From an uncultured Burkholderiales bacterium (GTDB taxonomy: Bacteria > Pseudomonadota > Gammaproteobacteria > Burkholderiales > Burkholderiaceae_C): a DNA stretch of 64,000 nucleotides. A program made the position numbers and the translations under genes. Positions 1 to 8,741 of the stretch are shown piece after piece. The stretch is taken from NCBI GenBank assembly GCA_903906635.1, contig CAIVLE010000183.1:3769-67768 (forward strand), given 5' to 3'. Each line of letters starts with the position of its first letter. Positions within the stretch are counted from its first letter, which is position 1. Below the pieces are notes generated by a model that was not told the origin of the DNA, ran no database searches, and saw only the letters and a program-made list of their open reading frames with translations.

Positions 1-2
1 TG

Positions 3-857
3 GTGGTGCAGGCTGACACATCGGCTCGCATGCAACCGTATGAGTTGATGCGCCTGACGGTACCCAATTCGCAAGGCAAACCGGTGCCCCTGTCGGCATT
101 CGCCAGCACGCACTGGATCAAGGGAGCCATGCAGACCGTGCGTTACAACGGTTACCCGGCCATGCGCATCGGGGGCTCAGCTGCGCCAGGTTACAGCTCC
201 GGCGCGGCCATGGATGAAATGGAACGACTCATGACCCAACTGCCTGAAGGCTTTGCTTTTGAGTGGACGGGGCAATCGCGTGAAGAGAAACTGGCTGGAT
301 CGCAGGCCGTCATTTTGTATGGCTTTGCCGTACTTGCCGTGTTCTTGTGTTTAGCAGCTTTGTATGAGAGCTGGTCTATCCCCCTGTCGGTGATATTGGT
401 GGTGCCCTTGGGTGTGTTGGGCGTGGTGTTGGCCACCTGGATGCGCAGCTATGCCAACGATGTGTACTTCCAAGTTGGATTGATCACCATCATTGGCCTG
501 TCTGCCAAAAATGCTATTTTGATCATTGAGTTTGCCAAAGACTTGCACGCGCAGGGACACAGCTTGGTGGATGCCGCACTGGCTGCTGCACACATGCGGT
601 TTCGCCCCATCTTGATGACCTCCATGGCGTTCATGTTAGGTGTACTCCCCTTGGCCATAGCCAGCGGGGCGGGCTCTGCCAGCCAACGTGCGATTGGTAC
701 GGGTGTCATCGGTGGAAGTTTGTTGGGCACAGTTTTGGCAGTGTTTTTTGTACCCGTGTTTTTCGTGGTGGTGCGCAGCATCTTCAAAGGCAGCGAGCGT
801 CAACACCGGTTCGATGCCGAGCATGGCCATCAAATTGGAGTCGACAAGCATGAGTGA
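3..857 (+). CDS. RND (HAE1, AcrB/MexB-like) efflux permease, C-terminal 284 aa only; the 5-prime end lies left of the window
   Basis: The frame is open to the window edge. The hydrophobic C-terminal TM bundle (LAVFLCLAALYESWSIPLSVILVVPLG; FRPILMTSMAFMLGVLPLAIASGAG) is typical of RND pumps. The stop overlaps the ATG of the next gene (ATGAGTGA). Confidence 0.88.
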   Translation: MVQADTSARMQPYELMRLTVPNSQGKPVPLSAFASTHWIKGAMQTVRYNGYPAMRIGGSAAPGYSSGAAMDEMERLMTQLPEGFAFEWTGQSREEKLAGSQAVILYGFAVLAVFLCLAALYESWSIPLSVILVVPLGVLGVVLATWMRSYANDVYFQVGLITIIGLSAKNAILIIEFAKDLHAQGHSLVDAALAAAHMRFRPILMTSMAFMLGVLPLAIASGAGSASQRAIGTGVIGGSLLGTVLAVFFVPVFFVVVRSIFKGSERQHRFDAEHGHQIGVDKHE

Positions 858-2265
858 TCTGACCAAGAGAGGCCTGCCTCACCTTTTACGGGCCAGCTGT
901 GCCATCGCGCTTTGGGGCTTGACGGGGTGTAGCCTGATTCCCCACTACGAGCGACCTGAAGCTCCCGTGCCAGCTCAATTTGCCGATAGCACCGCCCCTG
1001 CATTGATCGGCTCAAGTGCGGCGGCGACAGACATCGCATGGCAAGATTTTTTCAAAGATGCGCGACTCAAGCGTTTGATTGAGCTGGCCTTGATCAACAA
1101 CCGCGACTTGCGCATAGCCGTTCTTAACATTGAACAAACACGAGCTTTATGGCAAATCAAGCGCGCCGATGAATTACCCAGTGTCAGCGCAGGGGTCAAC
1201 GGCTCACGATTGCCCAATGCACAAGGGACCATCACAAGCACCTACACCGCCGGCTTGAGCGTGACATCTTACGAAGTCGATGTGTGGGGGCGTGTGCGCG
1301 CCCTCAGTCAGTCGGCCCAGGCCCAGTTCTTGGCCACCGAAGAGGCTCGCAAAACGGTGCACATTGCCTTGGTGGCCTCCGTTGCCAATGCCTATTTGAA
1401 CTTGTTGGCCGATGACGCTTTGCTGCAGATAGCGCGTGAGACGGTGGCATCTCGACAAACTTCGCTGCAACTGACCCAACTCAAGTTCGACCACCAAGCG
1501 GCATCTCAACTCGAGCTGAGCTTGGCTCAGTCTTTGTTGGAGGGCGCCAAAGTCAACTTGGCGCAATTTACCCGCCAGCGCGCACAAGACCAAAATGCCT
1601 TGGTTTTGCTGCTGGGTCAATCGCTCCCCCCCGACTTGCCAGCTGGACTGCCCCTGTCACAGTGGGCTTTGCTGCCCGACTTACCCGCAGGCACTCCAGC
1701 AGAGTTGCTACTTCGCCGCCCAGATGTTCGCCAAGCTGAAGAGCTGCTGCGGGCCAACAATGCCAACATTGGTGCTGCCCGTGCTGCATTTTTTCCGCGC
1801 ATCAGTTTGACCGGCAGCGCGGGCTTGGTGAGTGGAGACATGAAGGCCTTGTTCAACATCGGCATCGCGGCATGGTCCTTTACGCCACAGATACTTTTGC
1901 CGATTTTTGACGCATCTCGCAACCAAGCCAATTTAGATGCCGCAAAAATTGGCCGCGACATTGCGTTAGCGCAGTACGAAAAAACCATTCAAGTCGGATT
2001 TCGCGAGGTCTCTGATGCTTTGATTGCGCGCGATACATACGAGCGCCAAGTTCAGGCGCAAAACGCCCAACTCGAGGCTGAGCGCACACGCTTGCAACTC
2101 ACCGACCTGCGCTACACCCAGGGCGCCTCCAATGCCTTGGAGTTGCTCGATGCCAAACGAGCCCTGTTTGCCACCGAACAAGCCGCTGTGTTGGCACAAG
2201 CCCAGCAGGTACAAAGTTTGGTCAACCTCTACAAAGTTTTGGGAGGCGGTTGGGCGGCAAAATAA
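850..2265 (+). CDS. Efflux outer-membrane-factor lipoprotein (OprM/NodT family)
   Basis: ORF 688..2265 trimmed to ATG 850 (MSDLTKRGLPHLLRASCAIALWGLTGC), which gives a lipoprotein signal with an LTGC lipobox. It is 471 aa and sits directly after, and overlapping, the RND permease. Confidence 0.9.
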   Translation: MSDLTKRGLPHLLRASCAIALWGLTGCSLIPHYERPEAPVPAQFADSTAPALIGSSAAATDIAWQDFFKDARLKRLIELALINNRDLRIAVLNIEQTRALWQIKRADELPSVSAGVNGSRLPNAQGTITSTYTAGLSVTSYEVDVWGRVRALSQSAQAQFLATEEARKTVHIALVASVANAYLNLLADDALLQIARETVASRQTSLQLTQLKFDHQAASQLELSLAQSLLEGAKVNLAQFTRQRAQDQNALVLLLGQSLPPDLPAGLPLSQWALLPDLPAGTPAELLLRRPDVRQAEELLRANNANIGAARAAFFPRISLTGSAGLVSGDMKALFNIGIAAWSFTPQILLPIFDASRNQANLDAAKIGRDIALAQYEKTIQVGFREVSDALIARDTYERQVQAQNAQLEAERTRLQLTDLRYTQGASNALELLDAKRALFATEQAAVLAQAQQVQSLVNLYKVLGGGWAAK

Positions 2266-2269
2266 GGAC

Positions 2270-2782
2270 ATGACCGAAGTCTTGTTTGTTGTCTATTTCG
2301 TGGTCTTATTGACGACCCTGGTTGTCAAAACCCCGACCGTTAAAGGCCCGTGGCTTTTTTTATTGCGCGCCTTCTTTCCTAACTGGAAGTTCTTTCATGC
2401 GGTGGGCCATGTGCCCCAATTGTTCGCGCGAGCAGCGACGCTCAGCCAAGCTGGTCACAGCGAGTGGTCGGATTGGGCGTTGATTTACCCACGTCGTGCC
2501 CGACACTGGTTTCATTTGCTGCACAACCCCGACACCAATTTAGGACTGGCTCAACAAAATTTGGTGGACCACTTTTGGGCCGATCTGTATGACTTGCCAG
2601 ACGGCGCCGATCCACGTGCGCTGGTGACATACACCATGGTGTCACGCTTGGCACAACAAGTCATGCGCGCGCAGCACCCCGAAATGCACCAATTCCAGTT
2701 TGAGTTGCGTATGGTCTTGTCAGACCGCACCCAGGTGATAGATAGCCAAGTGATGATGACCGCACCGGTGGCGCCATGCTGA
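2270..2782 (+). CDS. Hypothetical single-pass membrane protein, possibly SdpA-like
   Basis: ORF 2024..2782 trimmed to ATG 2270, 4 nt after the OMF stop. It has one N-terminal TM helix (VLFVVYFVVLLTTLVV) followed by FFPNWKFF. That motif resembles the PQGWGFF motif I recall from B. subtilis SdpA. The stop overlaps the next ATG (ATGCTGA). Confidence 0.55.
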   Translation: MTEVLFVVYFVVLLTTLVVKTPTVKGPWLFLLRAFFPNWKFFHAVGHVPQLFARAATLSQAGHSEWSDWALIYPRRARHWFHLLHNPDTNLGLAQQNLVDHFWADLYDLPDGADPRALVTYTMVSRLAQQVMRAQHPEMHQFQFELRMVLSDRTQVIDSQVMMTAPVAPC

Positions 2783-3576
2783 TTGATATGCCTATGGTGC
2801 TGGCTATTCGGGCCCTCGAAATCCTGTTTGCCCTTAGCCTGGCCATTCAGACGTTGGAGTTTTTGCGCATGGGCTCCGCCACCGCCAACGATGGCCTGTG
2901 GTCATGGGCACTGCAACGTGCAGACATTCCACAAGGTGGAATGCGGCGGGTGCTTGACGGTGTGTTTTCACCTGCATTGCATCGCTTGCATCTGTGTTTG
3001 CGTTTGGTTGCAGCGATTTGGTTGGGGTTGTCTGGCAGCTCGCTGGGCTTGGTGGTGGGCCTTTTTACCAGCAACGTTTTGGTGTTGATCCGCTGGCGAG
3101 GGGCGTTCAATGGCGGCAGCGACTTTTTGACGTTGGTGGTGTTGACGGGTTTGCTGATCGCGCAAGTCCTGGGTGCTTGGGGTGATGTGGTTTTAGGGTG
3201 GCAAGCTGGACTGTGGTACATCAGCATCCAAGCCATCACGTCCTACTTCATGTCGGGATGGGTCAAAATGCTGCGGCCCGAATGGCGCAGCGGGGCAGCC
3301 ATGACCATTTTTTTGAACGCCGCCATTTACGGCCCTTTGTCACCCCGCCATCCGTTGCGCAACCGTGGCTTGGCCCTGTTGGGGGCATGGAGCTTCATTG
3401 TTTGGGAATGTTGCGCCCCATTGGCCTTGTTCAGCCTCAAGCTCGCTGCGCTGTTTTGTGGCGTGGCAGCGATATTTCACTTGTTGGTATTTTGGTTCTT
3501 TGGTTTGAATCGCTTTTTTTGGGCGTGGTTGGCCTCGTTTCCGGCCATCCTATGGTGTGCAGCGCAGTTTCAGTGA
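2776..3576 (+). CDS. Polytopic integral membrane protein, possibly HTTM/SdpB-like
   Basis: 266 aa with hydrophobic stretches throughout, at least 6 predicted by eye. The loop RWRGAFNGGSDFLTLVVL resembles the DGG(D/E) loop of HTTM-domain proteins. It is translationally coupled to the upstream ORF. The family assignment is from memory only. Confidence 0.55.
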   Translation: MLIDMPMVLAIRALEILFALSLAIQTLEFLRMGSATANDGLWSWALQRADIPQGGMRRVLDGVFSPALHRLHLCLRLVAAIWLGLSGSSLGLVVGLFTSNVLVLIRWRGAFNGGSDFLTLVVLTGLLIAQVLGAWGDVVLGWQAGLWYISIQAITSYFMSGWVKMLRPEWRSGAAMTIFLNAAIYGPLSPRHPLRNRGLALLGAWSFIVWECCAPLALFSLKLAALFCGVAAIFHLLVFWFFGLNRFFWAWLASFPAILWCAAQFQ

Positions 3577-5603
3577 AGCGTACTCTCGAGTTGCTCCATC
3601 GACTCGGTCAACTCTAACCAACGCAACTCCAAGGCGGCTAATTCGTCTTCAACGGTTTTGAGGCGCTTGCCTGCTTCGGCAATCTCAGCTGGGGCAAGCG
3701 TGCCGGCCAGTTTGTCATGCAGCAGCTGCTTTTCGAGCTCCAAAGTGGCCATGGTTTTTTCGATACCGTCCTGCTCTTTTTTCAGAGGACGTTTTTTCTC
3801 ATTGATCTCTTTGCGCTGCTGTGCATCGTCTTTGCGTTGGTCGCGCGAGACGATCGGTGCTTTGGCCTGCGAAGGGGGCGCAGGTGATGCCACTGGGGCA
3901 GATACGGCCACAGATACAGGCGCTTTTGCTGCCAAGTTGGCAGCGGCTGTGGCCTCGGCGCGCAAGCGCTTGGCTTCCTCCAGCAAGTAGCGCTGGTAGT
4001 CGTCCAAGTCGCCATCAAACGGGGCCACGCCACCGCGTGACACCATCCAGAACTCGTCACACACGGCACGCAACAAGGCTCGGTCGTGGCTGACCAACAT
4101 GACCGTGCCTTCGAACTCGTTGAGCGCCATGCTCAGGGCTTCGCGGGTGGCCAAGTCCAAGTGGTTGGTCGGCTCATCCATCAGCAGCAGGTTGGGGCGT
4201 TGCCACACCAACATGCACAGCACCAAGCGGGCTTTCTCGCCACCGCTCATGCTGCCCACGGCTTGCTTGACCATGTCACCACTGAAATTGAATTGCCCCA
4301 AAAAGCTGCGCAGATCTTGTTCACGGGTGGCCTGTCCAGCAATTTTTCCTTCACTGGTGAGCTTCTTGACCAAATCAATCATGTGTTGCAAAGGCGTGTC
4401 TGCGGGGCGCAGCACATCGAGCTCTTGTTGTGCAAAGTAGCCAATGTTGAGGCCTTTGCCCTCGGTCACTTCACCGCCCAGAGCAGCCAAGTCGCGCGCA
4501 ATGGTTTTGACCAAGGTCGATTTACCCTGACCGTTGGCGCCCAAGATGCCAATGCGTTGCCCCGCCAGCACCGAGCGACTGACGTTTTGAACAATCACGG
4601 TCGGCGGTGTGCCCGCTGGCGCACCCTCGGGCGCTGGGTAGCCAAAGCTCACCCCTTGCATGGACAGCATGGGGTTGGGCAGGTTGGCGGGTTCTTTGAA
4701 TTCAAAGTTGAAGTCCGCATCGGCCAACAGCGGTGCAATCTTCTCCATGCGGTCCAGGGCTTTGACCCGGCTTTGTGCTTGCTTGGCTTTGCTGGCCTTG
4801 GCCTTGAAGCGCGCAATGAACTTTTGCAAGTGGGCAATCTTGTCTTGCTGTTTCGCAAACGCGTTTTGCTGCAACTCCATTTGTTCAGCACGCATGTCTT
4901 CGAACTTGCTGTAATTGCCACCGTAGCGCACCAGCTTGGCCGCATCGATGTGCAAGGTCACATTGGTCACCGCGTCCAAGAACTCACGGTCGTGGCTGAT
5001 CACCACCATCGTGCCTTCGTAGCGCTTGAGCCAAGCTTCGAGCCACACCAAAGCGTCCAAGTCCAAGTGGTTGGTGGGTTCGTCGAGCAACAGCAAATCA
5101 CTCGGACACATCAAAGCACGCGCGAGTTGCAAGCGCATGCGCCACCCCCCCGAAAAGCTGTTGACCGGGTTGTTCAATTCCGTGGTTTTAAAACCCAGGC
5201 CTAAGATCAAGGCTTGCGCGCGCGAGGCGGCGTCGTGCTCACCGGCGTCGTACATCGCCATGTAGGCATGTCCCATGCGGTCACCGTCTCCTGAGGCTTC
5301 GGCTGCGGCCACTTCGATGCGTGCATCGGTGAGCACGGTGTCGCCTTCAATCACAAACTCGGTGGCGCTTTGGTCTGTCTCGGGCATGTCTTGGGCCACC
5401 TGGCCCATACGCCACTGGCTGGGGATGTAGTACTCGCCCGCATCTTCGTGCAAGCCACCATTGAGCAAAGCAAATAGCGAGGACTTGCCCGCACCGTTGC
5501 GCCCCACCAAGCCCACTTTTTCTCCGGGATTGAGGGTGACCGAGGCACTGTCAAGTAACACCTTGGCACTGCGGCGCAAGGTGACATTTTTCAAAGTAAT
5601 CAT
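3570..5603 (-). CDS. ABC-F family ATPase (YheS/Uup-like translation-associated factor)
   Basis: Two Walker A motifs (GRNGAGKSS; GANGQGKST), two ABC signatures (FSGGWRMR; MSGGEKAR), no TM domain, and a charged coiled-coil C-terminal tail. The ATG overlaps the prmB stop (ATGA). Confidence 0.9.
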   Translation of the reverse strand: MITLKNVTLRRSAKVLLDSASVTLNPGEKVGLVGRNGAGKSSLFALLNGGLHEDAGEYYIPSQWRMGQVAQDMPETDQSATEFVIEGDTVLTDARIEVAAAEASGDGDRMGHAYMAMYDAGEHDAASRAQALILGLGFKTTELNNPVNSFSGGWRMRLQLARALMCPSDLLLLDEPTNHLDLDALVWLEAWLKRYEGTMVVISHDREFLDAVTNVTLHIDAAKLVRYGGNYSKFEDMRAEQMELQQNAFAKQQDKIAHLQKFIARFKAKASKAKQAQSRVKALDRMEKIAPLLADADFNFEFKEPANLPNPMLSMQGVSFGYPAPEGAPAGTPPTVIVQNVSRSVLAGQRIGILGANGQGKSTLVKTIARDLAALGGEVTEGKGLNIGYFAQQELDVLRPADTPLQHMIDLVKKLTSEGKIAGQATREQDLRSFLGQFNFSGDMVKQAVGSMSGGEKARLVLCMLVWQRPNLLLMDEPTNHLDLATREALSMALNEFEGTVMLVSHDRALLRAVCDEFWMVSRGGVAPFDGDLDDYQRYLLEEAKRLRAEATAAANLAAKAPVSVAVSAPVASPAPPSQAKAPIVSRDQRKDDAQQRKEINEKKRPLKKEQDGIEKTMATLELEKQLLHDKLAGTLAPAEIAEAGKRLKTVEDELAALELRWLELTESMEQLESTLH

Positions 5604-6499
5604 TGGGGGAGAGCGCCTTGCGTTAACGCGGTGTGTGTAAGGAGTAAGACCTGGTCGTCACCAGCACTGGTCGATAGCCACACGACATCTAAATGGGGAA
5701 AGGCTGCTTCAAAGTGATCGCGTTCATGACCAATTTCAAGCACCAAAACAGCGTGTTCGCTCATGTGTGCGGGCGCATCGCGCAGCAGTTGACGGATGAA
5801 GTCCATCCCATCACCCCCGCCTGCCAACGCCAGCTCAGGCTCTGCTTTGAACTCGGCGGGCAGCTCAGACATGCTGTGCGCGTTCACATAAGGGGGGTTG
5901 CACAAAATGAGGTCGAACAAGCCCTCGGCTTGTTGCAGGCCATCGGACTCGGCCAGTGTCATGCGGGTTTGCAGGCCATGCCGTTCGATGTTGATGCGCG
6001 CCACGTCCAGCGCGTCGGGGGAAATATCCAAGCCTTCAACCGTGATGTCTGGGAAGGCCAGGGCGGCCAAGATGCCTAGGCTGCCGTTACCCGTACACAG
6101 GTCGAGCACGCGCTGTGTGTGAGGAGCCAGCCAAGGGTCGATGCTGCCCTGGGCCAACACTTCGGCAATCAGTGAGCGCGGCACGATGGCGCGTTCATCG
6201 ATGTAAAACGACACACCTTGCAACCATGCTTCTTGCGTGAGGTAGGCCGCTGGTTGGCGCGAGTCAATGCGCTGTTGAATGAAGGTTTGCACTTCGCTTA
6301 TTTGAGTCGCTGTGAGTGCACGGTTGTGCTTCTCGTCTGAAGTGTCGGTGTCAAGAGGCAAACCGAGTCGCCACAACACCAACCAAGCAGCTTCGTCGGC
6401 AGCGTTGGTGGTGCCTTGGCCGAAAGAGACGTCGGCTTGTGTGAGTTGCTTGGCAGACTCAGCAATGATTTGCATTAAGTTCATGGACAAAAATTTCAC
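5600..6499 (-). CDS. prmB: 50S ribosomal protein L3 N5-glutamine methyltransferase
   Basis: NPPY motif (LILCNPPYV), a SAM-binding loop (DLCTGNGSLG), and the block PAAYLTQEAWLQGVSFYIDERAIVPRS, which matches E. coli PrmB as I recall it. GTG start at 6499; an alternative ATG is at 6484. Confidence 0.85.
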   Translation of the reverse strand: MKFLSMNLMQIIAESAKQLTQADVSFGQGTTNAADEAAWLVLWRLGLPLDTDTSDEKHNRALTATQISEVQTFIQQRIDSRQPAAYLTQEAWLQGVSFYIDERAIVPRSLIAEVLAQGSIDPWLAPHTQRVLDLCTGNGSLGILAALAFPDITVEGLDISPDALDVARINIERHGLQTRMTLAESDGLQQAEGLFDLILCNPPYVNAHSMSELPAEFKAEPELALAGGGDGMDFIRQLLRDAPAHMSEHAVLVLEIGHERDHFEAAFPHLDVVWLSTSAGDDQVLLLTHTALTQGALPQ

Positions 6500-6701
6500 T
6501 CAACCGTGGTGTGTGGCCTGACCAGCACAAGGCATCGGCACAAACATGGATGCCTGTCCCCCCTTGTGTCTGAATCCATTTGCACAGATAAAAATTGACG
6601 TACACAAGTAACGGATGAGACTGTTTTCAGTGCTCATGCTGTCGTTGGCAATGCCAATGAATACACGAACGCGGTGATCTGGAGACAGAAACGACAACTC
6701 A

Positions 6702-7859
6702 TCAGCTGTTCAGCTGATGCAGCTGCTCCAGCGCGCGGCGGTAAATGTTTTTCAAAGGCTCGATGTCAGCCACGGCCACGCATTCATCGATCTTGTGGAT
6801 GGTGGCATTGCAAGGGCCCAGTTCAATCACCTGTGGGCACACCTGGGCAATGAAGCGACCATCGCTGGTGCCACCCGTGGTGGAGAGTTCAGTCTCGATG
6901 CCGGTTTCGTCCCGAATGGCGGTTTGCACAGCCCCCACCAAGTCCCCCGGTGGGGTGAGAAAGGGCAAGCCACTGATGGCCCAGCTCAATGTGTACTGCA
7001 AGCCATGTTGGTCCAGCACGGAGCACAGACGCCGCTGTAGCTGCTCGGGCGTGGACTCGGTGCAAAAGCGAAAATTAAAGTCGACCACGCAAGTACCAGG
7101 TATCACGTTGCTCGCGCCCGTGCCTGCATGGATGTTGCTCACTTGCCAACTGGTGGGTGGAAAAAAGGCGTTGCCTTGGTCCCATTCGATCGCCACTAAA
7201 TCGGCCAAAGCAGGGGCGAGAGCATGGATGGGGTTGTTGGCCAGCTGTGGGTAGGCGATATGGCCTTGCACACCTTGGACCGTGAGCTTGCCGCTCATGC
7301 TGCCGCGACGTCCATTTTTGATCATGTCACCGGTGCGTTGCACCGAGGTGGGTTCACCCACGATGCACCAGTCCAACTTTTCGCCACGGGCTTTTAAGGC
7401 CTCGCAGACCTTGATCGTGCCATCCAGGGCGGGGCCTTCCTCATCGCTGGTGAGCAAGAAAGCAATGTTGATGCTGGCTTGAGCTTGGGAGGAGACAAAC
7501 TCTTCGCAGGCCACCACCATGGCAGCCAGCGACGTCTTCATGTCACTGCTGCCACGCCCGTAGAGCATGGCATTTCTGTGGGTAGGAGTGAAAGGGTCGC
7601 TGGACCACTTGTCAATGGGGCCGGTAGGCACCACATCGGTATGGCCTGCAAACACCAGAGTTTTGGCTTGTGGGTGAGCACTGCGACGAATGGCCCACAG
7701 GTTGCTGACCCGAAAACTCTCGGGCCCACTGTCAAGACGCTCACACGAAAACCCCAAGGGATTGAGCCAAGAAGCAATCAGGTCCAGACAGCCCGCGTCC
7801 TCGGGGGTGACCGAGGGGCGCGAGATGAGTTGTTCAGTGAGTTGCAGCGTGCGAGACAT
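6702..7859 (-). CDS. dapE: Succinyl-diaminopimelate desuccinylase
   Basis: M20 peptidase fold motifs ([17 protein letters not shown]). It is 385 aa and lies directly downstream of dapD on the same strand. Confidence 0.9.
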   Translation of the reverse strand: MSRTLQLTEQLISRPSVTPEDAGCLDLIASWLNPLGFSCERLDSGPESFRVSNLWAIRRSAHPQAKTLVFAGHTDVVPTGPIDKWSSDPFTPTHRNAMLYGRGSSDMKTSLAAMVVACEEFVSSQAQASINIAFLLTSDEEGPALDGTIKVCEALKARGEKLDWCIVGEPTSVQRTGDMIKNGRRGSMSGKLTVQGVQGHIAYPQLANNPIHALAPALADLVAIEWDQGNAFFPPTSWQVSNIHAGTGASNVIPGTCVVDFNFRFCTESTPEQLQRRLCSVLDQHGLQYTLSWAISGLPFLTPPGDLVGAVQTAIRDETGIETELSTTGGTSDGRFIAQVCPQVIELGPCNATIHKIDECVAVADIEPLKNIYRRALEQLHQLNS

Positions 7860-7883
7860 CGAGGGATTGGTGCTTGAAAGCGC

Positions 7884-8720
7884 TCAGTCGCGCAATAAGT
7901 CATTGATGCTGGTCTTGGAGCGTGTTTGGGCATCCACGCGCTTGACCACGATGGCGGCATACATGCTGTAGGGAGCGCCGTTGGCCGCTGTCTTGGGCAG
8001 GTTGCCGCTGACCACTACCGAACCACTGGCCACACGACCGTAGCTGATTTCGCCTGTGGCGCGGTCAAAAATTGGTGTGCTTTGGCCAATGAATACGCCC
8101 ATGCCCAGGACCGAGTTTTCTTCGATGATGACGCCTTCCACCACCTCCGAGCGCGCGCCGATAAAGCAGTTGTCTTCAATGATGGTGGGGTTCGCTTGGA
8201 GGGGTTCCAGCACACCACCAATGCCCACGCCGCCCGACAGGTGAACGTTCTTGCCGATTTGCGCACAAGAACCCACGGTGGCCCAGGTGTCGACCATGGT
8301 GCCTGAGTCCACATAGGCGCCAATGTTCACGTAAGAGGGCATCAAAATGGCGCCCGATGCGATGAAGCTGCCGCGACGCGCCACAGCAGGTGGCACGACG
8401 CGCACGCCCGCGGCCTTCATCTCTTCATCGCTGAGGTGAGAGAACTTCGTTTTGACTTTGTCGTAAAACCCAAGTTCACCCGCTTTGATGATCTCGTTGT
8501 CGTTGAGACGAAAGCTCAACAACACGGCTTTTTTGAGCCATTGGTGTGTGGTCCATTGGCCCACGCCATCACGGCTGGCCACGCGCAAGCGCCCCGCGTT
8601 GAGTTCGGCAATCACGTGCTCGACCGCTTCGCGCACTTCATGGGTGGCATTGGTGGCGTTGATGTTGGCGCGGTTGTCCCACGCGTTGTCGATGATGTGT
8701 TGGATTTGGTGTTGAGCCAT
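7884..8720 (-). CDS. dapD: 2,3,4,5-tetrahydropyridine-2,6-dicarboxylate N-succinyltransferase
   Basis: 278 aa, with the N-terminal [12 protein letters not shown]... region and hexapeptide-repeat beta-helix segments typical of DapD. It is flanked by dapC and dapE. Confidence 0.92.
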   Translation of the reverse strand: MAQHQIQHIIDNAWDNRANINATNATHEVREAVEHVIAELNAGRLRVASRDGVGQWTTHQWLKKAVLLSFRLNDNEIIKAGELGFYDKVKTKFSHLSDEEMKAAGVRVVPPAVARRGSFIASGAILMPSYVNIGAYVDSGTMVDTWATVGSCAQIGKNVHLSGGVGIGGVLEPLQANPTIIEDNCFIGARSEVVEGVIIEENSVLGMGVFIGQSTPIFDRATGEISYGRVASGSVVVSGNLPKTAANGAPYSMYAAIVVKRVDAQTRSKTSINDLLRD

Positions 8721-8741
8721 GGTTGTCTTCTCTGAAAGGGG

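Noticed and set aside
688-849. N-terminal extensions offered by the ORF track, for example 688-849 for the OMF gene. The same applies to 2024-2269, 21394-21615, 55773-55898 and 59866-59934.
   Set aside because: The extensions overlap upstream genes in another frame or lack protein-like sequence. Internal ATGs give canonical N-termini (signal peptide, P-loop and so on) with better SD spacing.
4086-5204. 372-aa plus-strand ORF lying entirely inside the ABC-F gene
   Set aside because: It is antisense to a CDS with unmistakable ABC motifs. The translation is low-complexity and rich in Q, H, R, A and V, as expected for a shadow frame in GC-rich DNA. No motif was recognised.
6500-6697. 65-aa ORF in the dapE-prmB spacer
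   Set aside because: It has no SD, atypical composition and no recognisable features. It is more likely non-coding leader or promoter DNA, and the spacer itself is listed as a low-interest finding.
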